Assembly: GCF_040307845.1 (NCBI RefSeq) | Contig: NZ_JAWRIS010000012.1 | Location: forward strand, 11,927 to 75,926 | Length of the DNA: 64,000 bases | Direction: 5' to 3' | From: Proteiniphilum sp. | GTDB lineage: Bacteria; Bacteroidota; Bacteroidia; Bacteroidales; Dysgonomonadaceae | Shown: piece by piece, positions 1 through 9,480 of the stretch | Layout: every line of letters starts with the position of its first letter | Numbering within the stretch: the first letter of the stretch is position 1 | Translations under genes and position numbers: made by a program | The notes under the pieces: model-generated | The model's database searches: none | The model's input: only the letters and a program-made list of their open reading frames with translations | What the model was told of the DNA's origin: nothing

Positions 1-309
1 GTTACCGATGTAGTCACGATAGTTTCCCCTGTCGATACTGAATCCCATGAGGTATTCACCGTTCCCGATAGTCACCACTTCATCTTCACCCCAGTTGAAT
101 GAGCTGACCCAAAAGTGTTTTGCCAGGTCGGGAGTCAGATGATACATTCTTTCCACAAATCCCTGAAAATTGGTAAAGTTCTTGTAGGCATCGTCCGGTG
201 AAATCACCGAGTCGGGAGCCTTGTCCAGATAGTCTGTGCATGAGACGACACTTAAAAAAAGTGATGTTGCTAATGCGTATAGATAATAGATAAATTTTGT
301 CTTCATCAT
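1..309 (-). CDS. SusD/RagB family lipoprotein, N-terminal part (runs off the window start; absent from the ORF track)
   Basis: Manual translation from ATG at 309: MMKTKFIYYLYALATSLFLSVVSC-TDYLDKAPDSVISPDDAYKNF..., open to base 1. It has a lipobox Cys and a typical SusD 'DYLDKAP' start, 9 bp downstream of SusC. Confidence 0.85.
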   Translation of the reverse strand, partial: MMKTKFIYYLYALATSLFLSVVSCTDYLDKAPDSVISPDDAYKNFTNFQGFVERMYHLTPDLAKHFWVSSFNWGEDEVVTIGNGEYLMGFSIDRGNYRDYIGN

Positions 310-318
310 ATATTATGG

Positions 319-3300
319 TTATAACGAGATTCTCAATCCTAAATTAAAACGTTTCTGCGTTGGATAAGCGGTATTTCCCCCGGTATTTGATTCCCGGTCA
401 TCCGGCATATTTGTCCACAAAAACAGGTTGTTTCCGTTCACGAATACTTTCAGGCTGTTCAACCCTACTTTTTTCAGCCAATCCTCCTGACTGAACGTAT
501 ACGAAAGTTCTGCATATTTCAAACGGAGGTACGAACCGTCAAAAAGGAAACGGGTTCCGCTTGTATAGCCGCTGGGTATGGTTCCCCATCTGGGAAGCGG
601 AACATCGGCATGCATATTGTCTTTCGACCAGTAGGTTCCTTCCCGGAAGGCGGTATTCCTTACCCCGCCTAAGCTGGAGAGCCCCACATAACGGGTTACA
701 TTGTTTACCCCATAGAATTGCACGAAAAAGCTCCACCCTTTGTAATCCACCCCAAACTGGCTGTTTATAGTATTTTGCGGTACATTGGTAAAACCATATG
801 GAATATTGTCGAAAGAGGTGATGATCCCATCGGCATCATAATCGAGAAGAATATAGTTGCCGGGGATGCGGGCATCGTCCGATTCGTCGTGCCCGGTGGA
901 TCCATAAAGTTCATCCCAGTTGTTGTAATATCCGTAATCTACGTGTGCATAGGTCTGGTCTATCGACTTGTTGGCCGATTTTTGGTACTCCGGCTTCAGC
1001 AAAGGGTCGTCAGCTTCGATGATTTTGTTGCGGGCATGAGTATAAAAAACATTTCCCCACAAGCGCCAGTCGCGGTTTAGCGGTTTGTTCCAGCGCAGTT
1101 CCAATTCATAACCTTGTGTTTCCACTTCTCCCAAGTTGGCTGTCGGCGCAGTAGTTCCATAATAAGAGGGTACAGAGCGCCTGTCTCCTGCCAGCAGGAT
1201 ATTCGTTCTTTTTTCCTTGAAAAAGTCAACCGAACCCGAAATCACTCCGCCGAACAGCGCATAGTCGGCGGCTATATCCAGTTTTGTGGCTACTTCCCAT
1301 TGTACATTGGGGTTTCCTACTTGCGATTCATAGTACCACTGGTAAGGACTCTGTGTAGGGTCAATCCCGGTCAGCGCCTGGTTAAAAGCCCCACCGTAGC
1401 TCCATACGTCCATATAGAGCCAACGATTGGCAAACTCATCCCATCCAATCTTGTCATCACCAATCTGACCATATGAAGCCCTGAATTTCAGCATATCCAA
1501 CCATTTCAGATCAAGACTTTTGATCAGTGGCTCTTCAGAGAACATCCATCCTATTGCTCCTGACTGAAAGAAGGCAAACCGATATTCGGGAGCAAATTTC
1601 TCCGAACCGTTGTACGCACCGTTATATTCAAACATATACCGTTTGGCATAATCGTATGTTGTACGAAACACCCAGTTTTCCCGATAAATTGGGAGATTAT
1701 TTCCTCGGGAATACTGTTCCCGGCTAAAATTACCCATGGCGCCGACAGAGTGATCTCCAAAGGTGTTGGTATAATTGAGTTGGCCGGAATAGTTCAGTCT
1801 GCGATAGGTTTCGTCGTTGTTAACCGATCCTGCGTCAATGAACCAGGCAATATTGTTCTGGTAGTCAAATTTATTGTTTCCGTCTACTGTGACATCGGTG
1901 TATACCTGTCCTGTTTCGGGATCTATCCATTTGTGGGCATCCTGTTCCCAGTCGTGGGTGTCATTGATACCGCGGTTTACCTCCCGAAAGCTGTTGTCAA
2001 ATGCAAGTCTTCCATGCAACGAGAGTCCTTTGAGCAGGAATCCGAGATCCTGTTCAAGGGTAAAATCGGTATTGAGACGGTCGTTGGTGGTGTAGCCTAT
2101 ACCGCTGACACTCAGATTTTCCATCGAGTTAGTGGATGCCTGTGTAGGATTGGGATGGTAGTAGCCAAATGATCCGTCACTATATTTGGGCCTGAAGGCA
2201 TCGGGCGAGATACCGTAAAAGGCAGCCCATACGAGGTTCTCGTAGTCATTGTAATTTGTTCCCTTGGTGACAGCGTGTGAACCCGATAAATTAACCCGTA
2301 GCTGGGTTGTTTTCGTCAGAGTGAAATCCAGGTTACTTCGGACATTAAAGCGGTCATACCCAAACCCGGTTTTATAACCGCGATTATTTTCAAATGTTTT
2401 ATATAAGTCTCCCTCATGTGTATAATCCAAACTGGTAAAATATTTTACGAAACGGGTACCTCCGGAAACGTTCACATTCGCATTATAGGAGGTTGTGTAA
2501 TCCCTTAACAACTCATCTACCCAGTCTACATTGGGATAGCGTTCAAATTCCTCGAGGTTGGCCGGCCACCGGTATTTATTGATGACATCCTGTGGACGGT
2601 AATTAGCCCATTGTTCCGGCGCGTAACCCAATTCATTTTCGATAACCTGGTTGCGTAACATCAGGGCGTCATAAGAGTCCATCAATTCCGGCAGCTTTGA
2701 ATAGGTTTTCAGGGTGGTACTTACATTGATATCTACATTAGCTTTTCCTTCTTCCCCCCTTTTAGTGGTAATCAAAATTACCCCGTTTGCGCCGCGCACA
2801 CCAAAAACAGCAGTGGCAGATGCATCTTTCAGTACGGAAATGGTAGCTACTGAGTTGATATCAATACCGGTCATGGGGCGTTCAATGCCGTCAACCAATA
2901 TTAAGGGACCACCTCCGTTCCATGAACTTACACCACGAATGGTAATTTCCGGATCCTCTTCACCCGGTTTACCGGTAGTGGTCATGGTGACTACACCCGG
3001 CAGGTTACCTGTTAGCGCCTGCCCCAAACTGCTCACCCCTCCTGTACGTTCCAGCACTTTGCTGTTGGTCTGGGCAATCGCACCTACCACACTTTCTTTT
3101 TTTTGTTGTCCGAAGCCAACTACTATCACTTCATCCAGAAGCTGCATATCATCTGTTAATGTGATGGTCATTTTCCGGCCGACAATAACCGGCACTTCAC
3201 GCGTTACCATACCGATAAATGAAACAATGAGCGTTGACTGCTCATTAGGCACATTCAGTATAAATTCCCCGTCTACATCGGTTACAGTACCAATAGCTTC

Positions 3301-3471
3301 ATTTCCCATTACCCGGATAGTAGCACCGATAATAGGTTCCTCATTACTATCAATCACTAATCCTCGTACATTTATTCCATTTTGTGCCCATATCGGCAGA
3401 CTGCCGAAAAGAGACAAAAGGAGTATAAAAAGAGAAGGGATCCTTTTAGATTGTTTTAATACATTTTTCAT
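319..3471 (-). CDS. SusC/RagA family TonB-dependent outer membrane transporter
   Basis: 1050 aa. Signal peptide, N-terminal CarboxypepD_reg-like domain (VRGLVIDSNEEPIIGATI), plug motif 'LKDASATAVFGVRGANGVILITTK', C-terminal 'YPTQKRFNLGLRISL'. Confidence 0.95.
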   Translation of the reverse strand: MKNVLKQSKRIPSLFILLLSLFGSLPIWAQNGINVRGLVIDSNEEPIIGATIRVMGNEAIGTVTDVDGEFILNVPNEQSTLIVSFIGMVTREVPVIVGRKMTITLTDDMQLLDEVIVVGFGQQKKESVVGAIAQTNSKVLERTGGVSSLGQALTGNLPGVVTMTTTGKPGEEDPEITIRGVSSWNGGGPLILVDGIERPMTGIDINSVATISVLKDASATAVFGVRGANGVILITTKRGEEGKANVDINVSTTLKTYSKLPELMDSYDALMLRNQVIENELGYAPEQWANYRPQDVINKYRWPANLEEFERYPNVDWVDELLRDYTTSYNANVNVSGGTRFVKYFTSLDYTHEGDLYKTFENNRGYKTGFGYDRFNVRSNLDFTLTKTTQLRVNLSGSHAVTKGTNYNDYENLVWAAFYGISPDAFRPKYSDGSFGYYHPNPTQASTNSMENLSVSGIGYTTNDRLNTDFTLEQDLGFLLKGLSLHGRLAFDNSFREVNRGINDTHDWEQDAHKWIDPETGQVYTDVTVDGNNKFDYQNNIAWFIDAGSVNNDETYRRLNYSGQLNYTNTFGDHSVGAMGNFSREQYSRGNNLPIYRENWVFRTTYDYAKRYMFEYNGAYNGSEKFAPEYRFAFFQSGAIGWMFSEEPLIKSLDLKWLDMLKFRASYGQIGDDKIGWDEFANRWLYMDVWSYGGAFNQALTGIDPTQSPYQWYYESQVGNPNVQWEVATKLDIAADYALFGGVISGSVDFFKEKRTNILLAGDRRSVPSYYGTTAPTANLGEVETQGYELELRWNKPLNRDWRLWGNVFYTHARNKIIEADDPLLKPEYQKSANKSIDQTYAHVDYGYYNNWDELYGSTGHDESDDARIPGNYILLDYDADGIITSFDNIPYGFTNVPQNTINSQFGVDYKGWSFFVQFYGVNNVTRYVGLSSLGGVRNTAFREGTYWSKDNMHADVPLPRWGTIPSGYTSGTRFLFDGSYLRLKYAELSYTFSQEDWLKKVGLNSLKVFVNGNNLFLWTNMPDDRESNTGGNTAYPTQKRFNLGLRISL

Positions 3472-3599
3472 TACTTCAATAGTTCGTTAAAGAATTAATT
3501 TTTACTAAGCACCAATAGTTGCAAATTCTATGCGTTCTCCATAATTTTTCCATTTCAAATAATTTAATTAGAGGAATATTCAGGCCTTTAGAATAACAG

Positions 3600-3607
3600 C
3601 AAAAATA
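3600..3607 (-). promoter_or_regulatory. Bacteroidota -7 promoter box (TATTTTTG) upstream of SusC
   Basis: Matches TAnnTTTG on the minus strand, ~130 bp upstream of the ATG at 3471. Confidence 0.6.
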
Positions 3608-3630
3608 GAGGGTGGCTATCGAAACCCGCC

Positions 3631-3667
3631 CCATATTTTAAATATTATATTCCATATTTTAGATATT
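3631..3667 (-). promoter_or_regulatory. Tandem direct-repeat operator, family A (21-bp period)
   Basis: CCATATTTTAAATATT (3631-3646) and CCATATTTTAGATATT (3652-3667) on +, 15/16 identical, 23 nt from the -7 box. Confidence 0.65.
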
Positions 3668-3775
3668 TCTTTAAAAGAAGGTTATTTATGATGATATTGT
3701 TAGAATATATCAATGTCTAAAATAGAAATATTGCTCAGGATATCACCTTCGAATAAAACCACCCTTTGGTATCAT

Positions 3776-5506
3776 TCAATTTACAGTTTCATATTTTGTC
3801 GCATACAGACCGATGGTTGTTCCGGTAAAACCTCCGGCGTTGGCAGTAGATAATACTCGTGCCGGGATATCCTTTGATAATAGTTCCCAACCATCCTGAT
3901 CTGCATTATAATAGAAATCATAATGAGTGCCTTTGGAAACGACCTTCAATTCAATCGGCTGATTATTCTTTAAGATCATTGCGTTTTTCGCTAAGATATT
4001 CCTCCCTGATTTGTCAACCTGTTCTATAAAAACTTCTTTTGTATCCCCATGTCCTTGCACCGCGAAAAATATATGGTGGTTCTCATCTTTAAAAAGTAAA
4101 ATTCCCGCTACATCCTGAGAATCTGAAGGATTAAAAAACATCCGTGTGGTTGAAACGAATTGATGATGTTGCATTCTGCGGGAAAGAAAAGCAGGCGTTT
4201 CCTTTTCGGAGACTTTTATTCCGGATCCTTTCAGGGAAAGATAACCCGGATTTTCTTTTAATGAATACAATTCGCTTGCAGGCGCTCTCAAAGTCAACCA
4301 TTCCATACCAAGGGTAGAAGTCTCAAACGGATCACACCATTCGAAGTTGCCCGGATTAGCATCCTGACCAGGGACAACCCCTTCCCTTTTCAATATCATG
4401 GGAACTAATTCATCACCCGTGGTCATGTATGGGAATCCCTCATCACTCCATTTAACCGGCATGATAAATGTTTCACGGCCTAAATTCTCGTATACATTGT
4501 CAATCGGCCTGCAAGCGAGGAATACAGCCCACCAGTCACCTTCTTTTGCCTGGATAAGGTCGGCATGCCCCACACAGGTTATTGGATAGGGGCGGTCTCC
4601 GGGTAAATGCCTTTGTGTTAAGATGGGGTTTTTGTCCCATGGCACAAAATTTCCCATTGGGCTATCTCCCCGAAAGATGACTTCCCTATGCCCCGGCCCC
4701 GTGCCTCCTTCAGCTGCCATGAGGTAATAACTTCCATTGATGTTATACATATGTGGCCCTTCTATCCAGATAGGTTTCTCAGCCAGGTTAACCCCTCCGT
4801 TTACAAGCATTTTCCAAGGACCAATGGTCTTATCTGTCTCTGTGTCGAATTCTCGGATCCGGATTGAACGGTGCCCATCATATAATTCTTCGCCATCCAT
4901 GCCATCATTGTTGACGATGTAGGCACGTCCGTCATTATCAAAGAAAAAAGAAGGATCGATCCCTCCAACCTCCGGCAAATAAACAGGATCCGACCATGTA
5001 CCGAATGGATCTGTGGTTTTTACGAAAAAATTACCCGCGCCTACATTGGTCGTAATCATGTAATAGGTCTGGTTGTGGGGATTATAACTGATATCCGGAG
5101 CAAAAATACCCCCACTCACACCTTGCCCCTGAAAATTATCCAATTGAGAAGGGCGATCCAGCACATGACCAATCTGCTTCCAGTTCACCAGATCCTTACT
5201 GTGAAAAAGAGGAACTCCCGGAAAATAAGTAAAAGTAGATGTTACTAAAAAATAATTCTCTCCGTCTGTACAAATGCTAGGGTCGGAATACCATCCGGGC
5301 AGAATAGGGTTATAAAAATGAGTCTTGTCCGGTAATGGGTTGTTCTTATAATAATCATCTTCTCCTGTATATGTAAAATAATCGAAGAAAGCTACCGAAT
5401 TACCTGTAGGAAAATCTTTCTGGTTCAATTTGTCTTTACATGAACATAGAAAAAGTGTCATCCACATAAAAATAATCGCTCTGAATAAAAAATTACCGGA
5501 ATTCAT
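3776..5506 (-). CDS. GH43 beta-xylosidase/alpha-L-arabinofuranosidase-type lipoprotein with C-terminal beta-sandwich
   Basis: 576 aa. Lipobox FLCSC; GH43 motifs 'NPILPGWYSDPSI', 'GIDPSFFFD', 'WIEGPHMY', 'GHADL'; C-terminal 'GGFTGTTIGLYAT'. Confidence 0.9.
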   Translation of the reverse strand: MNSGNFLFRAIIFMWMTLFLCSCKDKLNQKDFPTGNSVAFFDYFTYTGEDDYYKNNPLPDKTHFYNPILPGWYSDPSICTDGENYFLVTSTFTYFPGVPLFHSKDLVNWKQIGHVLDRPSQLDNFQGQGVSGGIFAPDISYNPHNQTYYMITTNVGAGNFFVKTTDPFGTWSDPVYLPEVGGIDPSFFFDNDGRAYIVNNDGMDGEELYDGHRSIRIREFDTETDKTIGPWKMLVNGGVNLAEKPIWIEGPHMYNINGSYYLMAAEGGTGPGHREVIFRGDSPMGNFVPWDKNPILTQRHLPGDRPYPITCVGHADLIQAKEGDWWAVFLACRPIDNVYENLGRETFIMPVKWSDEGFPYMTTGDELVPMILKREGVVPGQDANPGNFEWCDPFETSTLGMEWLTLRAPASELYSLKENPGYLSLKGSGIKVSEKETPAFLSRRMQHHQFVSTTRMFFNPSDSQDVAGILLFKDENHHIFFAVQGHGDTKEVFIEQVDKSGRNILAKNAMILKNNQPIELKVVSKGTHYDFYYNADQDGWELLSKDIPARVLSTANAGGFTGTTIGLYATKYETVN

Positions 5507-5555
5507 AAATTAATAGACTTTTAAGCAGTTTGATAAAAAATGTATTAGTAAATCA

Positions 5556-5563
5556 CAAAATTA
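5556..5563 (-). promoter_or_regulatory. -7 promoter box (TAATTTTG) for the GH43 gene
   Basis: Exact TAnnTTTG on the minus strand, 50 bp upstream of the ATG at 5506. Confidence 0.65.
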
Positions 5564-5586
5564 TACCGTATCGCCCTGTCTGTTTT

Positions 5587-5623
5587 CCCCTTTTTAGATA
5601 TTTAATTCCCTATTTCAGATATA
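5587..5623 (-). promoter_or_regulatory. Tandem direct-repeat operator, family A (second site)
   Basis: CCCCTTTTTAGATATT (5587-5602) and CCCTATTTCAGATATA (5608-5623), each 13/16 to CCATATTTTAGATATT. Same 21-bp period and same 23-nt gap to the -7 box as the site at 3631. Confidence 0.6.
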
Positions 5624-5820
5624 AATCCTGTTTTTGTCACACTGCACCTGTTGCATGGAATATGGAACAGGTTATCGATATCACGGTGCCCCTGTGTCGA
5701 AGTCAGGAAAAAGAGGAAGGATTGGAAGCAGGTAATAATTCGGATATGAGGATTATACCGGTAACAGACATTGTGTATTCCATGGACGTATACTGTCCTA
5801 TATGCAGGTAACCGGAAAGC

Positions 5821-5853
5821 AGGGTGAAATAAAGCCTATTTTTATTTCACCCT
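5821..5853. terminator. Intrinsic terminator-like hairpin downstream of the arabinan SusC/D-GH43 unit
   Basis: Perfect 13-bp stem AGGGTGAAATAAA / TTTATTTCACCCT with a 7-nt loop. Confidence 0.7.
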
Positions 5854-5946
5854 GGCTGAAACCGGTAGAGGTTATGGTCAACGCCCAATAGTTGAAGGGC
5901 AAGCTCAATTTTTAAAATAACAGGTTGATTCTTTCAGACATAAATA

Positions 5947-7614
5947 TTATTTTGATTTTTTGCCCCAGTATGTTGCATTCAAATTTTTTTCAGTTCCGGC
6001 ATATACAAATGTCACACGGCGTGGAGTAGCTTCCCAATCGACTTCGCGTTCAACGCACACAATGACGTTGCCCAAAGTGAGTTGTTTTTTTGATGCATTA
6101 TAGTTCCAGCTGCCTGTGAGTGCACCCGACATGGTGCCATTGGCATTGAGCGTTAACGCAGAAGCGCTGCTTTGTTGCCCATAAGCATACTCCAGTTTAA
6201 TATGCTCCCATGTTCCTACAAGCGAGTCCTTGGTTATGGTGCCGTAATCGGGGACGGCTGCATACCGTTGTGGCAATGCTATTGGCCACAAGTTGTCGGG
6301 TTCATCCGGAGAGGCAGGACACCAGACAATGCGACGTACGTGTCCCATCATAATGGCATTGGAGTAGGCGTTGCCATTCACGTTGGCAGGCAATCGTCCT
6401 TGCGACACATAGAACCATTCGTCGCTATTTTCCTTTTGGAAAATGGCACAATGTGACAGGCCTACCCATCCGTAGCTAAGATTGAAATTGTAAGGGTGGG
6501 TTACGATGGGGTAACAGTCGCCGCGTCCGTTGGTAAAGCTGCGCCCGGTGATATCGAGGTATGGCCCTTCAATGTTTGTACTTCTAACAACACGCGTATT
6601 ATAAGGTATGTCGAGGCCATCATAGGCCATGAACAGATAATAGTAACCATCCTTATAAATTATTTCAGGGGCTTCGCTGCCCTGCCAACGCGACGAAGCG
6701 GTGCGTGTACCTACTCTCGCGCCATAACGGGTTGTCAGTTCACTCACACTGCTGGCGTAAGGTTCACCAAGGTGGTTGAGAGGCTTGCCTGTGGTCGCAT
6801 CCAGTTGCAGCAGTGCCAGGCCGCTATGCCACGAGCCATATATGAGGTAGTGTTTCCCTTCGGGCGTCACAATATAGGTGGGATCAATGGCATTGTAGTA
6901 GAAATAGGCATTCCAATCCGATAAACCGGAGCGGCTGTAATTTTTGCCCCGATCGGACGATGAAGATACCACGTAACCCTTATCGACCCATTCCGCCCCG
7001 GCGGGATCGGTCGATTCGCACATACCGATAAAGGCGCGTTCCGTCCAGCTCCCGTCAAAGTTAGCTGTGGTATTGGCCTTACCCGTCTTGATATAGTTAT
7101 TGATCACTATGCTGTAATACATTCGCAAGATATCCTTTCCGCCCACATTGACCCGGCGCACTACCGGTGCCCAGTAGCCATAATTTATATCCTTTTCGGC
7201 AATGGCTTCGAGCCCCATGCGTGTGCGGATGGCATTGAGCGAGTCGGCCACCCAGGCGGGAGCATCATAAAAGGGGCCGCCTACCCAATCCCAATTCACC
7301 AGATCGGTGGATCGCTTCCCCTGAAAATGTCCATGTCCTTCATGTTCATTCCCATATGAGGCATCGGTGCAGTACATGTAGTAATACCCATTGTAATAAG
7401 CAACAGACGGGTCGTGGACGTTGGCCAGGTTCCATTGGCTCCGTTTCGACCATGAGGCTATCGGCGAATAGTCGTCGGCGTAGGTCGGAATGGTCCATTC
7501 AGTTTCTCCACCGGGTTCTTCCTCTTTTTCCTGTACGATCTCATCTTCCTTACACCCTGCCAATAATAGAGCCATTATGCCGATGAATAAAAACAAAAAA
7601 TACTTTAGTCTCAT
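5947..7614 (-). CDS. GH43 endo-1,5-alpha-L-arabinanase-like lipoprotein
   Basis: Likely start at 7614 (MRLKYFLFLFIGIMALLLAGC, lipobox); the ORF track extends to 7671. Motifs 'NVHDPSV', 'YWAPVV', 'NAIDPTY', 'YGSWHSG', 'SEAPEIIY'; extracellular arabinanase-type C-terminal domain. Confidence 0.88.
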   Translation of the reverse strand: MRLKYFLFLFIGIMALLLAGCKEDEIVQEKEEEPGGETEWTIPTYADDYSPIASWSKRSQWNLANVHDPSVAYYNGYYYMYCTDASYGNEHEGHGHFQGKRSTDLVNWDWVGGPFYDAPAWVADSLNAIRTRMGLEAIAEKDINYGYWAPVVRRVNVGGKDILRMYYSIVINNYIKTGKANTTANFDGSWTERAFIGMCESTDPAGAEWVDKGYVVSSSSDRGKNYSRSGLSDWNAYFYYNAIDPTYIVTPEGKHYLIYGSWHSGLALLQLDATTGKPLNHLGEPYASSVSELTTRYGARVGTRTASSRWQGSEAPEIIYKDGYYYLFMAYDGLDIPYNTRVVRSTNIEGPYLDITGRSFTNGRGDCYPIVTHPYNFNLSYGWVGLSHCAIFQKENSDEWFYVSQGRLPANVNGNAYSNAIMMGHVRRIVWCPASPDEPDNLWPIALPQRYAAVPDYGTITKDSLVGTWEHIKLEYAYGQQSSASALTLNANGTMSGALTGSWNYNASKKQLTLGNVIVCVEREVDWEATPRRVTFVYAGTEKNLNATYWGKKSK

Positions 7615-7699
7615 ACCTGTGCTTTTTAAGTGAATGAACTTCCTTATCAACTTATATAGAAACGTTGACAAGGAAGTCTTTGTTATGTGTGAATACTCA

Positions 7700-9454
7700 T
7701 TATTTTACGCGAGGACGAATATTCCACCTGGATTTAAAGGCGATAGAATTATCTTCATTCTTGTTTGCCGAATTACCTTCGAGGTTAGGGTTGGCATCAA
7801 GAGTGCCTTGAAATATGGGGAAATATTCATGTCCCTTATAGTAATATTGGAATGATGAAGCGGTGGCGGTTTCAGCGGTGAGTTCTTCGGTCGACGCTTT
7901 GCCGTCGAGCTTATAATAGCCATGCTCAATCAGTTGGTCCAGACGATCCTGGCTGTAAAAAAATCCCCATCGGAGCAAGTCGATCCCCCGTCCGTTTTCG
8001 CACCCGAACTCTTTCGGACGCTCCACATTGGCGATTTGTTCGAAGAGAGCGTCAGCAGTGGGGAAATCGGAAAGTTGAAGGTCTTTGAGTGCCACGCGGC
8101 GACGTACTTCGTTGATATAATTAATCGCCGTTTGGGTGGGACCATTGATCTCATTCTCGCATTCTGCAGCACGCAGCAGGACATCGCTATAACGCATGAG
8201 TCGCAAGTTGACGCCACAATGCAATCCGTTGGTAATGGTACTGTAGATATTATTTCTCGCATTGGTGAACTTCGCGATGGAAATACCACCTTGTGCATTG
8301 TTCGACAGGGGAGTCCTGATGATTTCAGTTTGATATACAATGTTACAGCGCGGATCTCCATTCGGATAGGCTGCCGTTTTCAGGCCGGTATAGCTGTTGT
8401 ATTCCTCTTCGTAAGTAACCAGTGTCCAGTATAAACGGGGATCGAGAAAGCCATCTGTGCAGGTTTCTTTTCTGAACAGGTTGTACAACCAGGGCGAGCC
8501 GGCCAGGTCGCCCCAACTGCCCAGCTCCTGGGAAGCGTAGTTGCTTTCCACGGCGTGCCCTTGGGTTGCCTGGGAACTGATGTTTACCGGGGTCCACTCT
8601 TCGTCCGTACCTCCTGTGCCATAATCCATGAACTGCACTTCGAAGAGGCTTTCCGGGTTATTCTCGTAGGCGGCTCCTTCCCTGAAATTGTCGCCAAAAT
8701 CGGCTGTAAGCGCATAACGTCCGTATTTGCCGGCGATGATGTCTTTCAATATCTGATAGGCTTCCTCGAATTTATGACGGAACATGAGCGCGCGGGCCAT
8801 ATATCCGGCAGCGGCACCGCATGTGGCACGGCCTTGCGCCCATTCACCCCCTTTGTCGCGTGAGGGAAGCATTGCCATCGCCTGGGAAAGGTCGATCTCT
8901 ATCTGGTCAAATATCTCGTCCTGGGTATTGTTGGACGCATACATGGTGTTGATGTCGGAGTAGGACGCGTAATCTGTGATCAGCGGCACGGTCTGATAAT
9001 AGGTCGACAAGTGGTAATATGCCAGGCCTCTGAGGAAGAGGGCCTGTCCGGCGATCTGATTGCGGGATTCTTCCGACATCTTGACTCCATCCACTTTCGA
9101 CAATACGAAGTTGGTGCGGTTTACCACATGATACCAGTCACGCCATATCCATTGGTCGCCTATCCCGATGGTACCCGGTGAATTGAGGTTATCGTACTCC
9201 AAATACCATTGTTGGGATGAATTCCAAACTTCATCGCCGCGTACAGCATCCATCGTGTAACCCACCCGTGCAAATGTGCCTTCAAGGCGAATACGGTTAT
9301 AACATGCGATGACAGCCTCATTGAGCTCCGACTCCGAATCGCCAAAATCATAAGTTGTCTGATTGTTCGGGTTTACAACATTGAGTGCGTCGTTGCAGGC
9401 AGCTAAGCCCCCGATAAGCAACCATATTATAAAGATTATATTCAAATGTCTCAT
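7700..9454 (-). CDS. SusD/RagB family glycan-binding lipoprotein
   Basis: 584 aa. Lipobox LAAC; 'ALFLRGLAYYHL', 'LMRYSDVLLRAAE', 'ERPKEFGCENGRGIDLLRWG'; immediately downstream of SusC. Confidence 0.93.
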   Translation of the reverse strand: MRHLNIIFIIWLLIGGLAACNDALNVVNPNNQTTYDFGDSESELNEAVIACYNRIRLEGTFARVGYTMDAVRGDEVWNSSQQWYLEYDNLNSPGTIGIGDQWIWRDWYHVVNRTNFVLSKVDGVKMSEESRNQIAGQALFLRGLAYYHLSTYYQTVPLITDYASYSDINTMYASNNTQDEIFDQIEIDLSQAMAMLPSRDKGGEWAQGRATCGAAAGYMARALMFRHKFEEAYQILKDIIAGKYGRYALTADFGDNFREGAAYENNPESLFEVQFMDYGTGGTDEEWTPVNISSQATQGHAVESNYASQELGSWGDLAGSPWLYNLFRKETCTDGFLDPRLYWTLVTYEEEYNSYTGLKTAAYPNGDPRCNIVYQTEIIRTPLSNNAQGGISIAKFTNARNNIYSTITNGLHCGVNLRLMRYSDVLLRAAECENEINGPTQTAINYINEVRRRVALKDLQLSDFPTADALFEQIANVERPKEFGCENGRGIDLLRWGFFYSQDRLDQLIEHGYYKLDGKASTEELTAETATASSFQYYYKGHEYFPIFQGTLDANPNLEGNSANKNEDNSIAFKSRWNIRPRVK

Positions 9455-9480
9455 ATCAATAGCGTATTTAAATTATTGAT

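Noticed and set aside
2714-3490. 258-aa plus-strand ORF
   Set aside because: Antisense to the SusC N-terminus; typical shadow frame.
3610-3632. GGGTGG..CCGCCC hairpin as a terminator for the GH43 gene
   Set aside because: Short stem with a mismatch on the relevant strand; it lies in the spacer between operator and -7 box.
5627-5671. CCTGTT direct and inverted repeats
   Set aside because: 6-bp units with a 20-bp period and no second instance at another promoter; family-A repeats explain this promoter better.
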